A model generated the notes under the pieces. It was not told the origin of the DNA. It did not search any database and was given only the letters and a program-made list of their open reading frames with translations. This document shows, piece by piece, positions 35,888 through 45,135 of a stretch of DNA of 64,000 nt; positions within the stretch are counted from its first letter, which is position 1; each line of letters starts with the position of its first letter. The stretch spans positions 14,873 through 78,872 of the forward strand of contig CAMNHR010000038.1 of the NCBI GenBank assembly GCA_946539715.1. The letters run 5' to 3'. A program made the translations under genes and the position numbers. The DNA comes from an uncultured Fibrobacter sp. (lineage in GTDB: Bacteria > Fibrobacterota > Fibrobacteria > Fibrobacterales > Fibrobacteraceae).

Positions 35888-36925
35888 CTAGACCTGCCCG
35901 AAGAACAGGTCCGAAAGGGCTGCGCGGAACTGGTTGATGCGGTCGGCGCTGGGTTCCCGGTGTGGCCAGGTGAAGTTGCTCAGGAGGACTACAGCCGCTC
36001 CCTTTTCGGGGTCGGCCACGATGCTAGCCCCGGTAAAACCGGTTTTTCCGAAAGTGCGGGGGGAGCGGCGGCTTCCCATGAACCGTTCGGCGTTCAACTC
36101 CCAGCCGAGGGCCGTTTCTGCACCCACCTCCGGGGCGAAGGCGTTGTGGCTTACCAGGTCAAGAAGTCCGGCCGGAGCCACGGTCTTGCCTTCGAAGACG
36201 CCGTCGTTCAAGACCATCTGCACAAAGCGGAGCAGGTCGGGAACGGTGCTGAACATACCGGCAGAACCTACGGGGAAAAGTTTCCGGAGCACCCAGGCGC
36301 TTTCGTCGTGAATTTCCCCCTGGATGGTGCGGCCCCGAAATTCGCATTCTTCCGTGGGCATGATCTGCTTCTTGGGGAATCGTTCCAGCGGGTCCCAGCC
36401 GGAACGCTCCATCTGTAGCGGCTCGAAGAAGGTCTCTTGCCCCAGCTGCTGCAGGGACTTTCCGGTGAGGCGGTTCAGCACGATCCCCAGCAGCACGCTG
36501 GGCGGGTTTCCGTAGTTGAAGGCCTTGCCCGGCGGAATCTGGAACTGGTAGGTGAACAAGGCCTCCAGAATCTTTTCGGGCGGAAGCGTCCGGAGAGTCT
36601 TCATGGGCACCCGGTAGTCCAGGCTGTGGGTCAGCAGGTGGAAAATCCGGATGTCGTCCCGATAATTGGTGTGCAGCTCCGGAATGAAATCTATGACCTT
36701 GGCGTCAACGTCCAGTTCGCCCCGCAGAATGCCACACAGAGCGAGAGTCGAGGTAGGGCAAACTTTGGTAAGGGAGGCAATGTCGAAGAGGGTGTCTTCG
36801 GCAGTGTCCAGCGCAACGACGTGCCGCGAACCGTCGGGCAGTACAAAACCTGCCACGGCCTTGCTAAAGATGCCCTGGGCTTTGCCCTGTTGCAAGAGTG
36901 CTTGGATGGAGGTCTGGTCAAACAA
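35888..36925 (-). CDS. serine hydrolase, beta-lactamase/PBP4*-like (class C fold)
   Basis: SxxK motif in DIASLTKV; TTG start with AAGGA RBS. Confidence 0.75.
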   Translation of the reverse strand: MFDQTSIQALLQQGKAQGIFSKAVAGFVLPDGSRHVVALDTAEDTLFDIASLTKVCPTSTLALCGILRGELDVDAKVIDFIPELHTNYRDDIRIFHLLTHSLDYRVPMKTLRTLPPEKILEALFTYQFQIPPGKAFNYGNPPSVLLGIVLNRLTGKSLQQLGQETFFEPLQMERSGWDPLERFPKKQIMPTEECEFRGRTIQGEIHDESAWVLRKLFPVGSAGMFSTVPDLLRFVQMVLNDGVFEGKTVAPAGLLDLVSHNAFAPEVGAETALGWELNAERFMGSRRSPRTFGKTGFTGASIVADPEKGAAVVLLSNFTWPHREPSADRINQFRAALSDLFFGQV

Positions 36926-36961
36926 AATCAGTTCCTTTTAAGGTTATAAACGGATTTCTAA

Positions 36962-36990
36962 TCAACATTTTGTAATATACAAAATGTTAA
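36962..36990. promoter_or_regulatory. 29-bp palindromic element, copy 1 (TCAACATTTTGTAATATACAAAATGTTAA)
   Basis: Identical to 38124-38152; 11-3-11 dyad with TATATT (minus strand) at its centre; overlaps the ATPase stop codon; 37 nt upstream of the serine hydrolase start. Confidence 0.85.
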
Positions 36991-38111
36991 TTAGATTCAA
37001 GCCAACGACTCAAAAATACGTTATACACGCAGTAGCTTCTGCCCTCTAGAGAGAGCGTTTCTAGCAGGAGTTCCTTTTCTATCAACGACGTGACAATCCG
37101 CTTGACGGCTGCTGCGGTTCCCAGCTTATATTTGTTCAAGAAACTTCCCGCCGTAGGTTGGGCAACGGAGCCCTCCTTAGCGACGGCTTTCAAGAACTGC
37201 CACTGTTTATCCGTCAGCAAGTTTCGGCGTTCCAAGAAGCCGTTCATCCCCTCGCGCAAGATTTCGGCACAAGACAGGCGAACATCGGCCAAAGTAATTT
37301 TCCTGCCAGCATCACGGAACAAGCGATGGCAAAGATACTGCACATAGAAGGTATGGCAACGGGTCCACTCTAACACAAACTCAAGAGCATCATCATCGAT
37401 GCGACGACTCCCCATACCAAACAGTTTCTTGATAAAATCGCCATAAACATCCGGCTGGATTTTGTCAAGATAAACAATATGCGTACTTTCGTAGAACGGG
37501 CTTTTTTCGTTCACAAACATATCGGTCATGATATGCTTTTGGCTCCCGCAAAACACGAAGCGCACATTTTTAAGCGGTTGGATATAGGTGCGCAACAGCG
37601 CCTCCATATTCACGCCCTTAAAATTGCGGATAATCTGGAATTCATCAAAAGCAATGACAAATGTCTTCTTTTGGGAACCCAGAAAATCAAAAATACTTTT
37701 GAGCGTAGAAAGTTTTTGCCCATCGTTCTGGTACGTAACGCTCACCTGTGGCGAACCCGAAACAGGGTCATACGACACCATTGGACGAATTCCCGAAAAA
37801 AACGAGAAGAACTTCTTTAACGTAGGTTCGGCCTTCACATTTGCCACAATGGATTCCGAAAGGAGCTTGACAAAGCCCTCCAGATTATCGGCCGAGTAAA
37901 TATCGCAATAGCAAAGCGTCATGGAGGGGCGTTTTTTGGCAAGTTCATCAAAAACGTGGTAGACCAGCCCCGTCTTGCCATAACGACGCGGAGAAATCAG
38001 TGTCACATTGATGCCGTTTTCCAAATCGTCTATAATATCCCGCGTTTCTTTTTCGCGATCGCAAAAAAGATCAGCACTTTCGTAAGGGCGCAAAACAAAG
38101 GGATTTTCCAT
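36987..38111 (-). CDS. AAA-type ATP-binding protein (archaeal-ATPase / DUF234-like)
   Basis: Walker A ISPRRYGKTGL, Walker B VIAFDEFQ; C-terminal region resembles the DUF234 winged-helix part. The ATG at 38111 has a GGAGG RBS (alternative ATG at 38123). Confidence 0.75.
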   Translation of the reverse strand: MENPFVLRPYESADLFCDREKETRDIIDDLENGINVTLISPRRYGKTGLVYHVFDELAKKRPSMTLCYCDIYSADNLEGFVKLLSESIVANVKAEPTLKKFFSFFSGIRPMVSYDPVSGSPQVSVTYQNDGQKLSTLKSIFDFLGSQKKTFVIAFDEFQIIRNFKGVNMEALLRTYIQPLKNVRFVFCGSQKHIMTDMFVNEKSPFYESTHIVYLDKIQPDVYGDFIKKLFGMGSRRIDDDALEFVLEWTRCHTFYVQYLCHRLFRDAGRKITLADVRLSCAEILREGMNGFLERRNLLTDKQWQFLKAVAKEGSVAQPTAGSFLNKYKLGTAAAVKRIVTSLIEKELLLETLSLEGRSYCVYNVFLSRWLESN

Positions 38112-38123
38112 AGGTACCTCCAT

Positions 38124-38152
38124 TCAACATTTTGTAATATACAAAATGTTAA
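38124..38152. promoter_or_regulatory. 29-bp palindromic element, copy 2
   Basis: Identical to copy 1; abuts the first in-frame ATG of the ATPase ORF. Confidence 0.85.
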
Positions 38153-38164
38153 ACGAAAAGTCAA
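38136..38164 (-). promoter_or_regulatory. sigma-70-like promoter of the ATPase gene (TTGACT-17 nt-TATATT)
   Basis: -35 at 38159-38164 and -10 at 38136-38141, which is the centre of the palindrome. Confidence 0.6.
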
Positions 38165-38209
38165 TAGCGATTATCAGCGTTTTGCCACCCCTTCTAGGGT
38201 GACATTTGC

Positions 38210-39472
38210 TTACAGGTCGATGACCCTGTCGTTCTGGAGCAGCTGTTCGAAAGTCTGCCGTTCGCGGATGACCTTGAGTTCGCCGTTCGTGTACATGGTC
38301 TCGGCGGCGTAGCGACGGCTATTGTAGTTGCTGCTCATGGCGGCACCGTAGGCACCAGCATCATGGAGAATCAGCAAGTCGCCGACCTTTGCCTTCGGGA
38401 GCTTGCGGGTCACCACGAAGCCGCCTTCTTCCTGCGTGAACACGTCACCGGATTCGCAGAGCGGGCCTGCCACGACGGCATCGACCATCTCGTTCATCTC
38501 GCGACCGTTGCGGGCGATAATCGATATGGCGTGGTAGCTACCGTAGAAGCTCGGGCGCACCAGGTCGGTAAAGCCGGCGTCGAGCAGGTAGAACAGATTG
38601 TCGCCCTGTTTTTTGACGGCGCGGATTTCAGCCATCAGGTATCCGCTTTCGGCCACCAGGTAGCGACCGGGTTCCACTTCCAGGTGAACCTCGTGGCCGA
38701 TGCTCTGCTGGATGTTCTTGCGGGCCTTGTCCCACAAATTGTAGTAGGCCTGCATGTCGATGCGGTTGCCCTTGTCTTCTTCGTGGTACGGAATCGGGAG
38801 GCCGCCCCCTGCACTGATGGTGCGCAAATGAGAGCCCAGGCGGCGGCTGGCGTCCACCATGGCGTCGCAAACCTGCGAGAGGTGCTCGAAGTCGGAGCCG
38901 GAACCGATGTGCATGTGGAGTCCTGTAATCCACATGCCGTTTGCCTGCGCGAGCTTGATGCAGTCCTTGATCTGCTCGTGCCACACGCCGTGCTTGCTGA
39001 GCGGGCCGCCAGTATTCACCTTGCTCGAATGCCCGTGACCAAAGCCCGGGTTCACTCGCAACGTGAGTTCACTCTTCACGCCGAAATCGGCCAGCTGCTG
39101 GATCATGTCGGGCGAACCCACGTTCACCGCGATGTCGTATTTCTTCACGAGTTCGAGTGCGTCCTTGTCGAAGATGTCTGCGGTGTAGACAATTTCAGGA
39201 GCCTTGCCCTTCTGCTGGCCGCCCTTGAAACCCGCCTTGAGGGCACGCACGATTTCACCGGCAGAAACCGCATCGACCACGCCGCCCAACTTGCGCACCA
39301 GCGCTACGATGGAGAGGTTCGGGCAAGCCTTCTGGGCAAAACGCACGGTGTCGAAAACCTGGACTTCCTTCACGCGCTTCTCGATGGTGGCGCGGTCATA
39401 GAGCCAGAGGGGGGTGCCGTACTGTTCGGCAGCCTTCACGAAAACTTCTTGGGGGATGGAATAATTTGTCAT
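38210..39472 (-). CDS. lysA: diaminopimelate decarboxylase
   Basis: Group IV PLP decarboxylase layout; YGTPLWLYD start, HMHIGSG and CESGD motifs. Confidence 0.9.
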   Translation of the reverse strand: MTNYSIPQEVFVKAAEQYGTPLWLYDRATIEKRVKEVQVFDTVRFAQKACPNLSIVALVRKLGGVVDAVSAGEIVRALKAGFKGGQQKGKAPEIVYTADIFDKDALELVKKYDIAVNVGSPDMIQQLADFGVKSELTLRVNPGFGHGHSSKVNTGGPLSKHGVWHEQIKDCIKLAQANGMWITGLHMHIGSGSDFEHLSQVCDAMVDASRRLGSHLRTISAGGGLPIPYHEEDKGNRIDMQAYYNLWDKARKNIQQSIGHEVHLEVEPGRYLVAESGYLMAEIRAVKKQGDNLFYLLDAGFTDLVRPSFYGSYHAISIIARNGREMNEMVDAVVAGPLCESGDVFTQEEGGFVVTRKLPKAKVGDLLILHDAGAYGAAMSSNYNSRRYAAETMYTNGELKVIRERQTFEQLLQNDRVIDL

Positions 39473-39639
39473 ACGACGAAAATTTAGTTTTTTATTATGC
39501 GGGAGGGGCCCCAGCTCGGAGTTGCGAAGGCCGCACGGGCCCCTCCCTGCACCCTCCCCATCCTTGGCCGACGCTTCTATTCTCTAGCCGCTTTACACTA
39601 TTTGTTAAATTAGACAGTTGTCACGCTACAGACTTTTTT

Positions 39640-39672
39640 ATTTTATAAAAAAGGTTTCGGTGATCCGAAACC
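39640..39672 (-). terminator. intrinsic terminator after the H1-like/CBM48 gene
   Basis: Minus strand GGTTTCGGatcaCCGAAACC followed by TTTTTATAAAAT. Confidence 0.65.
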
Positions 39673-39720
39673 TCTCTCGTCTTTCGTCTATAGCCGCAAA
39701 GCGGCGTTCTCTCGTCTAAA

Positions 39721-40140
39721 TTAGACGTGCTTGATCTTGTTGTCGCCTTCGTCCCAGTACTGACCGTCGCAGACGAACTTGTATTCGTAAACGCCGGAGT
39801 CGAGGGTGACCTTGCCGACCCAGAGACCAGTCTTCTTATCCTTCTTGAGCATATCCTTGTCGACAGCCCAGTTGTTGAAGGAACCGGCAACGGAAACGGT
39901 AGTGGCCAGGGGGCAGTTGGCTTCGAATACCACGGCGACCTTCTTGGAGGCCTTGGGGGCGGCTTTCTTTGCCGGAGCGGCCTTAACGGCAGCCTTTTTC
40001 TCGGCAGCGGGCTTAGCAGCCTTGGGTGCGGTGGCCTTGGGGGCGGCAGCATTAGTGGCGGTCTTCTTGGCCGGGGCGGCCTTTACGGCAGCCTTCTTGG
40101 CAGCGGGGGCCTTCGTTGTCTTAGCAGTAGCTTTGGTCAT
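39721..40140 (-). CDS. small fusion protein: Lys/Ala/Pro-rich histone-H1-like N-terminus plus AMPK-beta-type glycogen-binding module (CBM48)
   Basis: Residues 1-70 are KAAPAKK-type repeats; the C-terminus carries VAGSFNNW ... YEYKFVCDGQYW, matching the GSFNNW / YKF.VDG.W core of AMPK1_CBM. Confidence 0.75.
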   Translation of the reverse strand: MTKATAKTTKAPAAKKAAVKAAPAKKTATNAAAPKATAPKAAKPAAEKKAAVKAAPAKKAAPKASKKVAVVFEANCPLATTVSVAGSFNNWAVDKDMLKKDKKTGLWVGKVTLDSGVYEYKFVCDGQYWDEGDNKIKHV

Positions 40141-40359
40141 AGTTATCTCCTTTACTTAGTCCGCGCCAAAGATAGTAAAAAAAAGTTTAACTGTCTAATA
40201 AAAAATGAAATTATTCCAAAACCGGGGAATTGCAGTCGCGAAATTGTCAAAAATCGGCAAAAAAAGCGAAAATCCCTGAAATTCAAAAAATGATATTGGA
40301 AAAAACCACGCAATATTCTAGTTTTGTGTGCAAATAACCTAAAAAAGGAGAATTTCCAA

Positions 40360-41778
40360 ATGAAAAAGAGTTTAACTCTCTTGTTGACCGTTACATCGGC
40401 GTTTTTCTTCGCCTGTAGCGACGACAGCAGTTCGGACAGCGGTACCAATGGTGGCAGCGTTACTATTGAGGTGTCCGGAACCATCTCCGTTGACCAAGAA
40501 AACAAGGCTGTTGTCGTTGCCATCTCCAACGCCGAAGACGTGTGCGTCAACGAAAACAATACCTATGCCTGGAAGAATGTGGATTTCGGTGTAGATTCTT
40601 CTTTCTCAAAATACTTGTTCTTGGGCGATACCCTGGTAATAATCGATTGTGAAGAATTGGGCAAGGATGGCGAACCAAGGTATTGCGACGACGAGGGTCA
40701 GATGTTTGTTGGCGGCAAGGCCGATGACCTGAACGGCACCTGGAAGTCCGTTTATTGCATGTACGATACGGACGATGAAACGAGCCAATGCTTCAAGGCT
40801 TGTAAGGACGTCGGTGGCAAGCTCACCGAAGAAGAAATGGCGAAGATGTACGAGGATATGTTCAGTTCCATGAGCGAGTTGGATATGGATGCGGAACCTG
40901 AAGTGGACCAGAAAATGATGGACCGCATGACCTGCCTTGACGACAATGATTTGAGAAAGTTCCCGGAATCGATTATGAAGATATCGGGTAACTCCTTGAC
41001 CACCAAGATTACCTATAGCTATGGTGATGATGACAACTTTGACGACTACATGAATTCCAGATTCATGTCCAAGTTCTACAAGAACCTGGGAAGTGGCGAT
41101 CCTTCGATTCCCGACACTTACTACCTGACCGAAGAAGATTCCTCTGGCGTGGAGAAGTACATCAAGTCTGCCAAGATTGAGGTGACGAAGCAGACCAAGA
41201 ACAGCGTTACCTTCAAGTTTGCTGATCAGACCTTCTCGGTGAATATCAAGAAATTCAACAACTCTGTTGACGGACGTGAATTTGCCATGTCTGTTTCCTT
41301 CAACAGCATGAACTGCGACCTGGAAGCCGAAGAAGGGGAAGTGACCAAGAGCACTTGCAAGGCTGAATACGGCGAATTCTTTGACAAGGAAACCGTAAAG
41401 GATGCTGCCGGCAACAAGATTACGGTCGCCTACGAATACGAAAAGTCCAACGAAAAGGATTTTGACCGTTGCACCGACAAGATGGTGGATTCTGTGTATG
41501 CCGCCATCAAGGGTAAGGGTGGTTCGAGCGACGACGAATGTGATCGTATAATTCAAGAGTACTATGCTTGCTCCGCAAGTGGTTCCATTAACAGTAATTG
41601 TGACTTTGTGGCCTACCAGGAATGTGTAGCTGCCGCCACCGATGACGACACCTATGATGTTTCCAGCCCCGATTGGGAACTCTACAAGAAGGCAACTTCT
41701 TCTGCCGAACTTGCCAAGAAGAAGTTCCTCAAGAATGCCCGCAAGATTGCCCGCAAACTGGAAAAGTTTGCCGAATAA
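40360..41778 (+). CDS. acidic Cys-containing lipoprotein, unknown function
   Basis: AAGGAG RBS; lipobox AFFFAC followed by SDDSSSDSG. Confidence 0.65.
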   Translation: MKKSLTLLLTVTSAFFFACSDDSSSDSGTNGGSVTIEVSGTISVDQENKAVVVAISNAEDVCVNENNTYAWKNVDFGVDSSFSKYLFLGDTLVIIDCEELGKDGEPRYCDDEGQMFVGGKADDLNGTWKSVYCMYDTDDETSQCFKACKDVGGKLTEEEMAKMYEDMFSSMSELDMDAEPEVDQKMMDRMTCLDDNDLRKFPESIMKISGNSLTTKITYSYGDDDNFDDYMNSRFMSKFYKNLGSGDPSIPDTYYLTEEDSSGVEKYIKSAKIEVTKQTKNSVTFKFADQTFSVNIKKFNNSVDGREFAMSVSFNSMNCDLEAEEGEVTKSTCKAEYGEFFDKETVKDAAGNKITVAYEYEKSNEKDFDRCTDKMVDSVYAAIKGKGGSSDDECDRIIQEYYACSASGSINSNCDFVAYQECVAAATDDDTYDVSSPDWELYKKATSSAELAKKKFLKNARKIARKLEKFAE

Positions 41779-41802
41779 GAAAAGGCTATTTGCTTGAAAA
41801 TG

Positions 41803-41838
41803 ATCCCGGCCAGCCCTGGTCGGGATTTTTTATTTTTG
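41803..41838 (+). terminator. intrinsic terminator
   Basis: ATCCCGGCCagccctGGTCGGGAT followed by TTTTTATTTTTG. Confidence 0.8.
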
Positions 41839-41871
41839 TAGAAAGCCGAGAAATAGCGGCAAGAGGTTTTT

Positions 41872-43440
41872 ATGAACGTTACGATGCAAGAGGTAATGAA
41901 AGAGTCCGGCGTGGCATTCGGTACCAGCGGTGCCCGCGGACTTGTGACCGCCATGACGGACCGGGTGTGCTATGTGTATGCCCGCTCCTTTATCAAGTAC
42001 TGCGAGACCAGCTACAAGTGCGAACACACCATCGCCATTGCAGGCGACCTGCGGCCCAGTACCGAACGGATTCTGAAAGCCCTGGTGCAAGCGGGAAAGG
42101 ACAGTTCCTGGAAGGTGGTCTATTGCGGTCGTATCCCGAGCCCGGCCATTGCACTGTATGGTATCGACAAGGCGCTCCCCACCATTATGGTGACGGGGAG
42201 CCACATTCCTGCAGACCGAAACGGCATCAAGTTTAACCACCCCCGGGGTGAAATCACCAAGAAAGACGAGCAGGGAATCGTTTCCCAGTCCGTTGATTTT
42301 GACGAATCGATTTTCGATGGGGCGGGCATGCTGAAATCGGCGCCGGAACTGCCGACGGTTGAAGTCGAGGCCGAAGAAAATTACCTGAAACGCTACCCAG
42401 CGTTTTTTGGGAGCAAAGCCCTTTCTGGGCTTACCATCGGGGTCTATCAGCATTCCGCCGTGGGCCGCGACATCGTGGTGAGGGTTTTGGAAAGCTTGGG
42501 CGCTACTGTGAAGCCTTTTGCCAGGAGCGAGACGTTTATTCCGGTAGATACCGAAGCCATCCGTAAAGAAGACGAAGAACTGGCTCGGGATTTTGCCCAC
42601 AAAGATTTTGTGGACGCCATCTTCAGTACCGACGGGGATTCTGACCGGCCGCTTTTGGCGGACGATACCGGCATGTGGCTCAGGGGCGACGTGCTGGGCA
42701 TCCTCGCTGCCCAGGCGCTTGGTATCAAGCGCATTGCAACTCCGGTGAGTTGCAATACGTCGCTTGAAAAGTCGGGCAGCTTCGAAAAGATTTGCCGTAC
42801 CCGCATAGGCAGCCCCTATGTGATTGCCGGCATGGAAAGCCTGGTAGACGCCTCTGACAAGTCCGTGTCCGTGGCTGGCTACGAGGCCAATGGCGGCTTC
42901 TTGTTGCAGACGGACCTGACCCGGGAATTTGCGGAACGCGATAGCAGCGGTAACGAGACGCGGGTGACCCGCACCCTGCCGGCACTTCCTACCCGTGACG
43001 CCCTGCTCCCGATGCTTGCCGTGATGGTGCGTGTCCGGGAAGAGCGGATGTGCGTGGTGGACCTGCTGAAAAAACTCCCCAAGCGCTTTACGCTCAGTGA
43101 CCGTCTCAAGGAATTCCCGACGGAAACCTCTAAGGCAAAGCTAGCCGAAATCCGCGAGCAGAAACTGGGCAAGAAACTCTTCGGCGCCCTTACCGCAAAG
43201 CCGAACCGTTTTGCAAAGCCTGACGCCGCGGGAAACATGCCCGCACCCTTCCACGGCGATATCGTCTCCATCGACGAGACCGACGGCTACCGCATGGAAT
43301 TCGATTCCGGCGATATCGTGCACCTGCGGCCCAGCGGAAACGCTCCGGAGTTCCGTTGCTACGTAGAAACCGGCGATAAGGAGCGCTCCGCGGAACTCCT
43401 CGCCGGTTGCATGAAGATTATGGAAGGCTGGCGGAAATAA
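41872..43440 (+). CDS. alpha-D-phosphohexomutase family (phosphomannomutase/phosphoglucomutase)
   Basis: Active-site loop TGSHIPADRNGIKF, metal loop FSTDGDSDRP, four-domain length. Confidence 0.8.
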   Translation: MNVTMQEVMKESGVAFGTSGARGLVTAMTDRVCYVYARSFIKYCETSYKCEHTIAIAGDLRPSTERILKALVQAGKDSSWKVVYCGRIPSPAIALYGIDKALPTIMVTGSHIPADRNGIKFNHPRGEITKKDEQGIVSQSVDFDESIFDGAGMLKSAPELPTVEVEAEENYLKRYPAFFGSKALSGLTIGVYQHSAVGRDIVVRVLESLGATVKPFARSETFIPVDTEAIRKEDEELARDFAHKDFVDAIFSTDGDSDRPLLADDTGMWLRGDVLGILAAQALGIKRIATPVSCNTSLEKSGSFEKICRTRIGSPYVIAGMESLVDASDKSVSVAGYEANGGFLLQTDLTREFAERDSSGNETRVTRTLPALPTRDALLPMLAVMVRVREERMCVVDLLKKLPKRFTLSDRLKEFPTETSKAKLAEIREQKLGKKLFGALTAKPNRFAKPDAAGNMPAPFHGDIVSIDETDGYRMEFDSGDIVHLRPSGNAPEFRCYVETGDKERSAELLAGCMKIMEGWRK

Positions 43441-43449
43441 TTTGGAAGG

Positions 43450-44238
43450 TTAGTTTCCTGTTGGGACAGGAGGCATGACAACACTATATTTTCCGTTATT
43501 GCATTGATACATGCAGTCGGCAGCACTGCTCCAGACGCTTATGGTAAGTTGTGCGACTTTTCCGTTTTCTTTACTGCAGCTAAACCCGTTGATGGGGTGT
43601 GTTCCGCAGCTATAGTTGGGCCGCTGGCAGCTGCTCCCGGGAGGGCATTTGTCGATGGTACTTTTATATTTCCAATAGCCTTCGTTGCAGATAAGGTTTA
43701 TTTCATTGACGGTCATTTCATCGCCTGATGGAGTGCAGTTGTCTCCGATGATGGCGAGCCTCCACCCATTATTGCGGCATACGGCATAAGCGCCTGTTTC
43801 GCAGTCCTTGACCGTGTCATAGTCTTGGCAGGTGCCTCCGTCTACATCGGAAACATGCTTGCAAGTTTCTTCTGTGCTGGAGCTGCTATTGACGCAATAC
43901 TCCGTCAATCCCTTGTTGCAAAGTTGTGTTGCGGAGTAGCATTCTAGGGTGAGGGCTTGGCAGGTTACGGCCAAAGACGAACTGGAATTGTCGTCAAGGG
44001 ATGCCGATGAACCGCCTTCGGTTGCCGAACTTTCTGCGGTTGCGGAACTGTTGACTGTTGCCGAGCTTTCTGCTGTTGCGGAGCTCTCGATGTTGTCAGA
44101 GCTATCGCCACCGTTGCTTTCAGAGGAAATTTCTTCGGACAAGGGCTCGGTGGCGCTACTGCTGTCGTCGCAGGCCGTAAGCGTAAAGGCCAGTGCTGCT
44201 GCGGCAAACCCGCAAGCGATTTTTGTAAGATGTTTCAT
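43450..44238 (-). CDS. Ser-rich / Cys-rich lipoprotein, paralog of 44253..45119
   Basis: AGGAGA RBS; lipobox FTLTAC plus DDSSS; repeated C-x-N-G-x-W/Y modules (CRNNGW, CNEGYW, CNNGKY). Confidence 0.65.
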   Translation of the reverse strand: MKHLTKIACGFAAAALAFTLTACDDSSSATEPLSEEISSESNGGDSSDNIESSATAESSATVNSSATAESSATEGGSSASLDDNSSSSLAVTCQALTLECYSATQLCNKGLTEYCVNSSSSTEETCKHVSDVDGGTCQDYDTVKDCETGAYAVCRNNGWRLAIIGDNCTPSGDEMTVNEINLICNEGYWKYKSTIDKCPPGSSCQRPNYSCGTHPINGFSCSKENGKVAQLTISVWSSAADCMYQCNNGKYSVVMPPVPTGN

Positions 44239-44252
44239 AGTGATTCTCCTTC

Positions 44253-45119
44253 TTAAAGTCTTGTCCATTTGTAGTTGATGCACTGGAAGGTATATCCTTC
44301 GACGATCATCTTTGCACCATCTTTTTCGCAGGGGGCGTTATCGGGCAATATTCCCGTGTCGTCGGTCTTGTTTTCGCTGCAATCCATTCCCGCGTCGCAG
44401 GCTCCATGGACAAGCTTTTCTTCTGTCCATTTCCCGTTTTCGCAGAAGTACCGGCTTTCGGAAAAGGAGTCGTTCCTAGGGTCTTCGGGGTTGGTGTACT
44501 TGTAGAGAAACCTCGTGTAGCCGTGTACCTCCGGGTCGCAGGGCTCGTCAACCCAGGCGGTATCGAGGCAGAACTGCTTGATGCCGGTCTCAATGCACAT
44601 CTTGTAGTTGTCGAAACCGCACATGGCCTTGTCGGGATTGCAGTCGTTTACTGGGATCCAGCGATTTTCGATGCACATGTAGATAAGTTCCTTTGCGCAG
44701 TCCTGTGCGATGGTGTATTCCGCCTCTTCGCACAGCCATTTTTTTGCAGGGTCCTGCTCGTCGGTGATGTGGCGGCATGTTTCCGCCTGCCCGCCGGAAC
44801 TGGATTCCGCAACAGAAGAGGAACTTTCTTCAACGGATGCGGAACTTTGCGGATCGACGCAATTGGTGACAAGTCCCTGTTCGTTGTCCGTACAGTTGTT
44901 GACGGGACCGCTCCCGCTGTTGGACGAAAGCTCCGTCCCAGACGATAGGGGTTGTGCCGACGATTGCGGGATGCCGGAATCGCTGGACAGTTCTGGATTT
45001 TCCTGAACGGGAAGTTCCTCGTCCGCAGGACCGCTGCTACTGTCGTCACAGGCGGCAAGGGCAAAGGTGAGCGCTGCCACGGCAAGCCCGCAACTAAATT
45101 TCGTAAATTTCTGTTTCAT
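44253..45119 (-). CDS. Ser-rich / Cys-rich lipoprotein
   Basis: Lipobox FALAAC plus DDSSS; CIENRW, CENGKW and CINYKW modules. Confidence 0.65.
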   Translation of the reverse strand: MKQKFTKFSCGLAVAALTFALAACDDSSSGPADEELPVQENPELSSDSGIPQSSAQPLSSGTELSSNSGSGPVNNCTDNEQGLVTNCVDPQSSASVEESSSSVAESSSGGQAETCRHITDEQDPAKKWLCEEAEYTIAQDCAKELIYMCIENRWIPVNDCNPDKAMCGFDNYKMCIETGIKQFCLDTAWVDEPCDPEVHGYTRFLYKYTNPEDPRNDSFSESRYFCENGKWTEEKLVHGACDAGMDCSENKTDDTGILPDNAPCEKDGAKMIVEGYTFQCINYKWTRL

Positions 45120-45135
45120 ATCGTTGCTCCTTTTT

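Noticed and set aside
39473-39640. Lysine riboswitch (L-box) upstream of lysA
   Set aside because: The gap is too short and lacks recognisable L-box helices. It contains only one long GC hairpin (GGGAGGGGCCC...GGGCCCCTCCC, about 39502-39548), which looks like another dispersed palindromic element.
39606-40199. Short repeats around the H1-like/CBM48 gene: TAAATTAGAC at 39606 and 39716, and the 11-bp inverted pair ATTAGACAGTT at 39609 and 40189
   Set aside because: They are only 10-11 bp long in AT-rich DNA. My rough estimate gives a several-percent chance of such a match within a 700-bp span, which is not enough to call a mobile-element boundary or an operator.
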